64,000 bases of DNA from Octopus sinensis (Eukaryota): the NCBI RefSeq assembly GCF_006345805.1, contig NC_042997.1, positions 558,001-622,000 on the forward strand, read 5' to 3'. The translations under genes were made by a program, and so were the position numbers. Below are positions 54,116-64,000 of the stretch, in pieces; within the stretch, counting starts at the first letter, position 1; every line of letters starts with the position of its first letter. Under the pieces are notes generated by a model. It was not told where the DNA came from. It worked only from the letters and a program-made list of their open reading frames with translations, and made no database searches.

Positions 54116-55717
54116 ATATTTGTATGTATATGTAAGAGAGACGGACAAGCAGTCAAGCTTAGAGCCATTGCGACAAAGAAAGATACGGACGAAATTTGGC
54201 ATGTGTTCCGCCTTCCATATTCTATTCACAAGCCATTGGTTTAGATTTGTTATAGCAGAAATCTTTTTCTCATGGTGGACCATGTTCTTGCAAGAAGCTT
54301 CTCGGATCATAGTCATAGATTATATAAAATATCTTAAGGTAAAGTTACATTTCTATAAATAAAATCACAGTTATTTCCGAATCGCATTCACATTTTGTGT
54401 TTAGCATTTCTTGAAGTGTAACTATATAATCATCTCAAGAATGGGACGAAGGCATGTAGAACAACGACTCATGAAAACAGTGCTATGCCAGACTAAAAAT
54501 TTAATAAAATTTCAGTAATTAATAACAAGTCCGATTCTGAACACTAGATTTGTTAAATTAGTAGATTTTACGTGCGGCTCATACAATAATTTTCAATAAC
54601 AAAATAATAGTCTGATGAATGGTATTGTCATTTTATAGAAAGCTGAATGTCTATCCGATGTTATTTGTATAGTCAAAAACGACTTCCATGCTATAAAGAA
54701 AAATATGATAATGTTAAACCGCAATGAATTGCAGGAGTGGAGTGCTATGTTTTTGTTTAGATATGTACAAATATCTACATACCTAATTTTATAATAGCAT
54801 AATACAAGCGAAAATATTTTCATTTAAATTGTTGAATAACTACTGCAAAAATCGTTTATATTAGAGTATGTGAAAACATGTCATAATAGCAGCAAGACTA
54901 AGTGGATTTTGTGTTTCAAATAATCATTTTCGACGTCCAAGATAAGTTAATCCAACTTACACAATATCTATTATTCAATCAAAAGAAAATATGAAACCAT
55001 ATGTAAGTGCTTACGTAAGTACTTTTTCGCCTGATATTAAAATTAAATTTCTGACTTCTCTCGCGCATGGTTTCCCACGGGAAAGATTTATTATACTGGG
55101 AGCATGAATGTCTCTACCAAGGAATGGAGTTTTACACATAAATTCTATTTAGATGTGTTACGTCCACCAAAAGTAGCAGTTCGGTTAATGATCCGATGAA
55201 ATAAGGCTTTAAAAATAAGATAAAGGGATGACTTTTTCGACGAAACCCATCAAAGTGGTGCCACAGTATGGCTGCCGTCTAATGAGGGAAACGAGATAAA
55301 AGATGATAGACAAGCAGAATCAAGGAAAAGGTGATAATGACATTTTAGCAAACAGTAACTTGTTGAGTTGTGGCCTCCAACAACTTGTTAAACGACCGGC
55401 AGAGTAATAATGACTTCACTATATAAAGTAGGAATAAGAACATTATAATCAAAACTGATACTGAACAATACTATATATAAATAGAAGTCCATTGTTTTTT
55501 GTCTTTTCACTGATCTTATCTCATAGACACAGTAAACGCTGATAATAACATATCAAGCTAGTTAAAAATGTTAGGGTCTTTATTCCGGTTTACAATTATA
55601 ATTTTCAAGCAAATTGGTTATTTATTGTTTGAAGTCTATCACCTTTCAAATTACTAACCTCTTCCACTATTTCTACGTGCCGAAGAGGGAGATTCTATAA
55701 GTCAATATATATATAGA

Positions 55718-55901
55718 CAAGTACAGACAAAGGGATTAAGTCGATGATATTGACCCCACTGCGTAACTGGTATTTGTTTAATCGACCCCAAAAGAATGAA
55801 AGGCAAACAATCTCGGCGGAATTTGAAATCAGAACGTAACGCAGACGAATTACCGCTAAGCTTTACGCCCGGCGTGCTAAGGATTCTGTCAGCTCGCCGC
55901 C
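55718..55901 (-). mobile_element. SINE family A copy
   Basis: Minus strand GGCGGCGAGCTGACAGAATCCTTAGCACGCCGGGCG...GATTTCAAATTCCGCCGAG. Confidence 0.9.
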
Positions 55902-55904
55902 CTA

Positions 55905-56203
55905 AATATTCGTCCGTTATTCAATGAAAGTCAATCTAGAACTAACCTTTCTATCCGCTCAATACCCTGAAAAACATACAGGATCATATAGGTGGATGAT
56001 CTTCAAAACCAAACTGCATCTCCTCTTGTCAAGAGTACCTGAAAATCCCACTTTATGGCAGGAAACACACTTGGGGGCAGCAATATCAAACTTCCTGATT
56101 CACCAAAAGTCATGTATCAGAGGATGTTTCTTGTGGTGAAAGTGCAGCGAAGATAACGAAGGTGCCTTAGTATGTCCACAATTATTGAGCTAAAACTAAT
56201 AAA
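55905..56203 (+). mobile_element. CR1-like LINE 3' end
   Basis: IFKTKLHLLLSRVPENP (FKxxLDxxLxxVPDxP-like C-terminus); tail GGTGCCTTAGTATGTCCACA...GAGCTAAAACT. Confidence 0.65.
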
Positions 56204-56324
56204 TATATATAAATATCTATCTATATATATATATAAGCAAGGAAAAATTGTAAAAATGCAGAATGCTCAAATGAAAGAAAATTTTAATGAAATGAGAAAT
56301 TGATAAAATATATAAATATATATT

Positions 56325-56366
56325 TATTCAAACCGGTTTTCGTCATTGTATGACTTGTCAAGAATA
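56325..56366 (-). ncRNA. minimal hammerhead motif, U3:A8 core
   Basis: Exact reverse complement of 57359-57400. Confidence 0.7.
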
Positions 56367-57358
56367 TTTAGGTTAAAAAGTTTTTTAAAAATTAGAAAGG
56401 GGAAAAAAGAAAATTGCATTGTTTTTGGCAAAAGAATGATAATAAATATGTACAAAAATTAAAAAATAAGTACTCCGATATATCGTGGGTTCGTTGTGTA
56501 TCTTGAGTTTAATGATTGTTCACGAAAAAATTACCTTGAGTATTAGGATCCAATGGGATTAAGAGCATGTGTTGTTTGGTTTAATTAAGGATGTTGGCAA
56601 AACAGGAAGTAGTAGTAATTGTGGTTCTTCAGTTCCTGTGTTGTGAATAAGGGGAGACAACTCTTTTGAGTTCTTCAATAAAGGCTGTTAATAAACCCCA
56701 AATTATAAAATTATCATTTTAGCTTCATTTGCATTATCTTTTTTATATAATTGTTTGTTAACTTAACTTTCAGATTTTAACACTTTATTTATATTATTTT
56801 CTAATTATATAAATTTGCATAGACAATTGCATTTCAGATTGTTATATCATATATAATAAAAATGATAGTAATAACAACAATAGTAAAAATGATATTTGAA
56901 GAATATAAGTTTTAGCTTGAAGTGATGAATGCATGGTATCCTTATATATTTGTGTTAGTATCCTTATATACATGGTATCCTTATATATTTGTGTTAGATG
57001 AATGCATAGTATCCTTATATATTTGTGTTATAAGCTAAAACTTGTGTTATAAGCTCAAAAGAGTTGTCTCCCCATATTCACAACACAGGAACTGAGGAAC
57101 CACAATTACTACTACTTCCTGTTTTGCCAACAACCTTAATTAAACCAAACAACACATGCTCTTAATCCCATTGGATCCTAATACCTCAAGGTAATTTTTT
57201 CGTGAACAATCATTAGACTCAAGGTACACAACGAACTCACAATGTATCGGAGTACTTATTTTTTAATTTTTGTACATACTTATTATTATTCTTTTGCCAA
57301 AAACAATGCAATTTTCTTTTTTTCCCTTTCTAATTTTTAAAAAGCTTTTTAACCTAAA

Positions 57359-57400
57359 TATTCTTGACAAGTCATACAATGACGAAAACCGGTTTGAATA
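57359..57400 (+). ncRNA. minimal hammerhead motif, U3:A8 core
   Basis: UAUUC UUGACAA GUCA-uacaa-UGAC GAAA ACCGGU UU GAAUA. Confidence 0.7.
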
Positions 57401-57407
57401 AATATAT

Positions 57408-57638
57408 GTTTTTGTTTGTTTTTGTTTTTCCAGTTTCAGCTCTTGAGCTGTGGCCATGCTGGGGCACCGCCATTGTGGTGAAAGAGTACAGCAGGGATCA
57501 CCACCCCCTGCCGGAGCCTCGTAGAGCTTTTAGGTGTTTTTTCGCTCAATAAACACACACAACGCCCGGTCTGAGAATCGAAACCGCGATTCTGCGACCG
57601 CGAGTCCGCTGCCCTAACCACTAGGCCATTGCGCCTCC
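57408..57638 (-). mobile_element. SINE with family C tRNA head and CR1-like tail
   Basis: GGAGGCGCAATGGCCTAGTGGTTAGGGCAGCGGACTCGCGG...GGTTTCGATTCTC; tail GGCGGTGCCCCAGCATGGCCACAGCTC. Confidence 0.9.
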
Positions 57639-57769
57639 ATATATTTATATATTTTATCAATTTCTCATTTCATTAAAATTTTCTTTCATTTGAGCATTCT
57701 GCATTTTTACAATTTTTCCTTGCTTATCATTTCTCCACGTGCGGTCAACACAACCCCACCACTTATTGA

Positions 57770-57854
<85 letters not shown>

Positions 57855-57866
57855 CGCGTGTGTGCA

Positions 57867-57957
57867 CAGTAATCCCACGCCATATCGCGGTCCTATCACG
57901 GTTTACCTATCGCGGGGTTTTTGGTACGTAACACCCGCGATGGTCGAGGGATTGCTC
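57867..57957. mobile_element. small MITE with pogo/Tigger-like TIRs
   Basis: CAGTAATCCCACG ... CGAGGGATTGCT. Confidence 0.6.
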
Positions 57958-58001
57958 TCTCGCTCTCTCTCTCTCTCTGTAACACTCTCTGACTCCCTCT
58001 C

Positions 58002-58070
58002 TCTGACTCTCTCTATCTGACTCTCTCTATCTGACTCTCTCTATCTGACTCTCTCTATCTGACTCTCTCT
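58002..58070. repeat. 14-mer tandem repeat (CTGACTCTCTCTAT)n within (CT)n
   Basis: Direct. Confidence 0.9.
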
Positions 58071-58086
58071 CTCTCTCTTGCTCTCT

Positions 58087-58163
<77 letters not shown>

Positions 58164-59809
58164 ACCACTTATCTAGGTAAATTGGGTATGTCGCATGTTG
58201 ACGTTTGCTCCATTAAAAACACCATCGCTATTGTTGCTTATATCCCAGAGTTGAAATAATTATTGTGCTCAACATAATCGGCCAAAAACTTTCTTTTCGG
58301 TGCCCAGCATAACAGCATAATTTAATGTTTGACACCCGTAAAGAAATAAACGAATAAATTTCTCTGCTGGAAATCGCCGTTCGATTATTCTGTGAAAGGA
58401 TTTTTCCCTGTCACCCACTTCGCTTTCCTAAAGAGTAGTCAACAGCGTAAGAAATATGCACACAAAACAGACTATACTTCAACTGCCATTTGTGCCAATT
58501 CGAGGAATTCTCAATAGTTGAACTTAATCTAAATGAGAATATCTGCAGTAAGGATTAGCTTTATTAGCTTTTTGATATAATACTTTCCCCAATAAAACAA
58601 AAGCATTTGACTCCATCTAATTCAGTTTTTATTTTGTAAATTGACTTAGTTATCAAAACTTTTTCTTTCATTATTTGATAGCATCTATGTCTATGAGTTG
58701 GAAGGTATCTGCGCATACCCATGGTTCACTATGGGGAAATGCTTTCTTCTACATACTTGTATAAGCCAATATACACGTTAGCAAATTAACTCCAAGGTCG
58801 CTGTTTCATTTCTAGTTATATGGAGAAATAGAGAGGAGAAAAACCTTATCACATCAATTTCATCATCCACTTAGGTGAAAACCTGTATTTTGTATGTATG
58901 TATGTATGTATGTATGTATGCATGTATGTATGTATGTATGTATGTATGTATGTGTATATATATGTACATGTATACATGTATGTACGTATTTGAGCGTATA
59001 CATATATACGCATTCACACGCGCCCACATACGAATGCGCAAACCTTCATTAAGTTAAATTTATATTTTGGGTGTTTGATAGTTGCGCCTACTTAAAGATA
59101 ATTAAGAAATTTAAATTGGTTTACGAATACGATTACGAATGAGAAACAAAATTTTAATATATTAATGTACAATTATCGTTTGAATGTATTAGATTAGTAT
59201 GTGGTTTAAATTATTTTCTGTTTTACTCATAATTTACGTTCAAGCAACATAAATTATAAGTAAAACATAAAATATACGCATGTATATGTGTGTGTGTCCA
59301 TGTCCCAGTGCTGTGTGTGTTTGTTCCTATGCCGTGTGAGTGTGTTTGAGTGTGCATGTAAGTATGTATATATATATATATATATATACGAGTGTGTGTG
59401 TGTGTACTCAGAAAAATATATACGTGTGTGTATGTGCGTGTATATGTGTGTGTCATTTTTAAAAATAATAGTTTGATTCAGTTCCATTTCCCACATAGTT
59501 TCTCCGAACATTTATTGAGATATACGTGTTGCACGCCTAAGAAACTTTTAAAATTATGTGGAAATATTTCATACTCCTAATAAATACATGACACGTGAGC
59601 CAAAAGTGCTGTATTTAGGTATATGTGCATGTGTGTACGTATGTATGTGTGTGTGTATGAGTGTGTTTATATATAAACACACATATGGTGACCACAGTCT
59701 TAGGGCTGAAACACAATAAAACATTAAGAGAATATACACACACAGACATATAAGTTCGCACGCTCGTACACGTACACATAAATAAATGTTATATATATAT
59801 ATATATATA

Positions 59810-60200
59810 GGAGTGGCTGTGTGGTAAGTAGCTTGTTTACCAACCACATGGTTCCGGGTTCAGTCCCACTGCGTGGCACCTTGGGCAAGTGTCTTCTACT
59901 ATAGTCTCGGGCCGACCAAAGCCTTGTGAGTGGATTTGGTAGACGGAAACTGAAAGAAGCCTGTCGTATATATGTATATATATGTACATATGTGTGTGCG
60001 TGTATGTTTGTGTTTGTCCCCCTAGCATTGCTTGACAACCGATGCTGGTGTGTTTATGTCCCCGTCACTTAGCGGTTCGGCAAAAGAGATCGATAGAATA
60101 CGTACTGGGCTTACAAAGAATAAGTCCCGGGGTCGAGTTACTCGATTAAAGGCGGTGCTCCAGCATGGCCGCAGTCAAATGACTGAAACAAGTAAAAGAG
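59810..60200 (+). mobile_element. SINE family B, near full length, inside (TA)n
   Basis: A and B boxes; tail GGCGGTGCTCCAGCATGGCCGCAGTCAAATGACTGAAACAAGTAAAAGAG. Confidence 0.92.
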
Positions 60201-60259
<59 letters not shown>

Positions 60260-62399
60260 GATAAATTGATAAATTAATATTGAAACATGCGTATTATAAC
60301 AGAACATTGTTACCTCTTGATGTTTAGAAAATGCAACGTCTTCATATCAAATATCAATAGTGTCTACTTTAGTAGGAATGCCTTGGTATTTAGATATCAA
60401 ACCACTAGATATGTATTATTGAAGAAAGATTTTTTTTTAATGTTGTTTTGTTGCATCTAGTTTGTGGAGTATATAATAAACGGACACGCCATCTTGATGA
60501 TTTTAAGCTCATTTGCTATTCTATGTGAAATTGTCACTTAAAAAGATTGAAATAAAACTGGGTGAACGCTTTCAGAAATCTCATATTCAGAGTCATCACA
60601 TTATCATCAATTTATATTCTTTATTGGATCACGTTAAATTTTGAATGCACACAAATCCATTGGTCATGTGAATGAATTTTACTACCACATTATTTAGAAG
60701 TATATGTTTTAAACGCCATACGTAAATCGTTTGTTCCCGGATAAAAATAGCATGAAAATGAACTAAAAGTTGAATCATAATTATTTTCCAAAAGCGCCTC
60801 CATTTATCAAAAAAATAAAAGTAAAAAAAAACCCACAAAAAACAAGTTGAATATTTTAACTCACGCTTCAGTGAGCCGAAGGATTATTCGTAAACATGCG
60901 AAATTAATGGAGATAATCGATGCTTCTCAGTGATTTCATTTCCATTAAATATAGCTTTTAGAAGCGAAAACCCTTTGGAGCATCAAACAATTACTAAAAT
61001 CCCAATGGGCTTTATATTAAAGAGAAGACATGACATTGATTTTAATTTAGAGTGATAATACTTTAGATATCGATTAGTATTTTGTATTTAGTTTTTTTTT
61101 AAAGAAATTAAATAGATTAGATTTATTCTTGATGCAAGAATAGCACTTGGCACTGGCACCAATTAGTAGCCCACAAAATTAATACAGTAGTAAGACAACA
61201 TAAAGATAATGATACGTTTGAGAGCTATCCACCTGTGGTAATATATTGTCTCACATACATGATCGAATTTTTTATCAATCTACCATTGAAATATAGTCTG
61301 CTAAAGATTCGAGAATGTTATTACATTCCATAATTGAAGTTTATATTTTAACAGCAAATATATATACACTATTATTCATGTTGTTACCTTCTGTAAAATA
61401 CATTGGTACCAGATTTCATATTGCCATATATATATATTGCGTACAATTCTGCGAATGCATTTACTCGGAATTTTCATTCGCTTTGTTACTACAAGCTTTT
61501 ATCAGTAATTTATTGTAGCACTAATCGAAATTTCTAGTCTGCAAACCTTCAAATATGTTTTTATAGAAAAACTCTTAAGCAGCAGACGTAATGTTTTGTA
61601 TATTTCCAAAATTTTACTATTTATCTTTACTAAATCTGATACCACAAACAAATAAAAATGATACAACAAAATATTTACTGCAAACATGAAAATAAAACAA
61701 TATTTGTCTGTAAAATAAAGTACTTTTGCAGCTGCTCTCCTCATTGTTACAATTGTCATTTGCCTACTTTCTTGGTGTAGAAACACGAAATTATATTTCT
61801 TTATTTGTATGTAGTACGATGTGAGGTGGGAGAACCGTAATATAGCTCATGGATGGCAGGGACTGTGGAGCACTGGAAGATAGCTTTTCTGATATTTAGG
61901 TTGGATAATTTATGTTCTGAGATCGAATCAAACTAAAACCGGCACTATATTTCCTCAATTTAAAGTCAGCAAATTAAGCAATACACAAATAGTATGATAG
62001 TTAAATGGCATTCACCTCGGTATCACGTAAACTGGGTGTATATCTTTGTGAGTGTCTGTGTCTGTGTGTGTATAGACTGACTGAAATGACCCTGAAGATA
62101 AACAGTAGTTGGTAGCCTGAGTTCCAACGCAAAGCAACCTACTGTGATTTTGAAACCAATATTCAACTTTATAACAACCTTATAACAACCAATATTCCTC
62201 TCTAACTATTTCTTGTAGACAAAATGAAGACGTAGGTACTTATGCTTTTGCTTACAATGATTAAGAACATTTCGTTAAGTTTGTTCAACTCAGCCGTTAT
62301 GGTTTGTGTTATCACATCACAATCAAGAGTCCATTAGAATTCTTAAATATTATCTAAGTAGGTGTAATGTAATCTGCTTATAAACTTTTCCTTATATAA

Positions 62400-63130
62400 C
62401 AGAGTCAGATGCCATTTACCTTGTCTCTTTGACTGAGCAGCAGTTCTGGACCAAACGTAGACGGAGTTAGGGGTCTGGTACCTAGTGTGTCGTCAGACGC
62501 TTACACTCGTCTACCAGTCGGGCAATGTGGTCAGTTGAAGTTCCACTCAGTTGGCCGGAGACTATGGATAATTTCCTGAAATCTCTGACCTGGAAGGGCT
62601 TCAGCAGGGCACTGCCTGTTCAGGACAAACTCTAGAGGCACAGAGGTGCAGTCAGCCAGGCTTGCCTGAGAAGCGTGCAGAGCAACGAAATGTTCTGCAT
62701 GCTTCCTGTGCCCCACTATTTTGGACTTGTGGGTTTATGTTGAACACATGCTAGGGCGTGTGGGACGGATCCGGCTATCGGCTGAGTCCATTCTGAAGAT
62801 AATCCAGTCGCCTTCCTTTGGTCGTGAAGTGCGGGCTCTTTTTCTTTGCTCGGTAGCCATAGCGAAAGAGGCTATGTAGTGAACCAGACTGAAAGGCCTG
62901 AAAACTGACATTTCCCTCTTTGGCCTAGTCCTCATCGAATTTTTCAAGTTTCACTTGAAAAGGTGGGTGAATGTCACAAAAACGCGCACAGAGATACGTC
63001 TTACTTTCCCTGGACCATTGTAATGCTATAGTTGCATGATGAAATTATTTGGAGATGGATATGAATGAGATTGAATTATAGAAATCACACTGCTGCACTC
63101 GTGTGTGTCTCCTAGTGAGACGCTGTTTTA
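62400..63130 (+). mobile_element. L1/Tx1-like ORF2 C-terminus (zf-RVT region) and 3'UTR
   Basis: SLTWKGFSRALPVQDKL*RH...CPTILDLWVYVE...FFKFHLKR, with stops and frameshifts. Confidence 0.7.
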
Positions 63131-64000
63131 TAGGGAATTTTACCGATAGATACATTGAGTACTGGTATTGTTATTGTGGCTTAAACCCTTCCAAAATATC
63201 TATCACATTGTGTTCAATCCTTTTTGCTTTCTTAAGAAAAAGTTTAGTTGTATTCAGTGACGTTGTGTTGTAATTCTTTAGTCGAAAGAAGAGTGGAATA
63301 ATGGACTCAGTCGTTTACTAATTTGCCGAAATGTAGCTTGAATATTTGGTCGCATATGTGCGGATAATAACGGATGTAAGTACGAGAAGTATTGCTTAAA
63401 GGAAACGTCACAACCCATAGATAATTTTGGCACATTTATGCAAGTATATAGATATTATTCGTACGCATGTATGTGCGTGTATATGAGCACGCTTGTATGT
63501 ACCCCTGTGTGTGCGTGTGTGCGTGTGAGCGTGTGTGTGTGCATGCGTGTGTGTGTGTGTGTGTGTGTGCGTGCATGAATGTACGTTTGTATGTGCATGT
63601 GTGCATGCATGTGTGTACGCCTGTGTGCGTGTGTATTTCTGTGCTTTTAATTGTAAATCGAAAGTGCTTAAGATTGCTGATATAACAGATGTTCAAACCA
63701 TGGGCAGACCAGTTTGCCTCTACCTGTTAATTTTCCACAGGTGATATTTTGTCGATGTTGCTTTCAACGCCTACTCTGTCGCATATCATCCTTCGTCTTT
63801 CTGGATAATTCTGGATAAAGTAAGATTTGTTTTGATAAAAGGTGAAATTAGTGTAACACCTTTACTAACACATCAAGTTGGCATGTAATACGCATTAAGT
63901 AGTTTGAGTGTTGCGTGAGTTTAGTTCTTAACCTCAAGACACAACATCTGATTCGGGATATTTAAGTTTTATTGAAATAATCAATATATGTTCTTTTAAT

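Larger units (their letters stand above)
56233..57727. mobile_element. young fold-back of a Penelope-like terminus (arms 56233-56670 and 57054-57727)
   Basis: High-identity reverse complement; right arm interrupted by a SINE; identical hammerhead motifs in both arms. Confidence 0.92.

Noticed and set aside
56925-57050. Short repeated units reminiscent of a CRISPR array
   Set aside because: No unique regular spacers, eukaryotic context, no cas genes
57560-57638. tRNA-like sequence with A and B boxes
   Set aside because: It is a SINE head that continues into a SINE body; no complete cloverleaf or terminator

Overview
Eukaryotic, AT-rich, repeat-dense non-coding DNA. The SINE families, (TA)n/(CA)n/(AAT)n microsatellites and LINE mix look like an Octopus (coleoid cephalopod) intron or intergenic region; the taxon is an inference. 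I found no intact host gene, rRNA, true tRNA or CRISPR array, and almost all listed ORFs are microsatellite or antisense artefacts. Recognisable remnants: R4/Dong-type RLE LINEs, RTE, CR1 and L1/Tx1 LINE pieces, a Penelope GIY-YIG fragment, a Tc1 transposase 3' end, a deleted Helitron with intact ends, a Helentron-like HINE, a MITE and three tRNA-derived SINE families. The most notable unannotated signal is about ten minimal type I hammerhead-ribozyme motifs in Penelope-like termini. Three distinct families carry the compensatory U3:A8 core in place of C3:G8. Several motifs sit as outward-facing pairs in fold-back elements next to (TA)n tracts. There is also an inverted self-duplication that splits an RTE reverse transcriptase just before its YADD motif.
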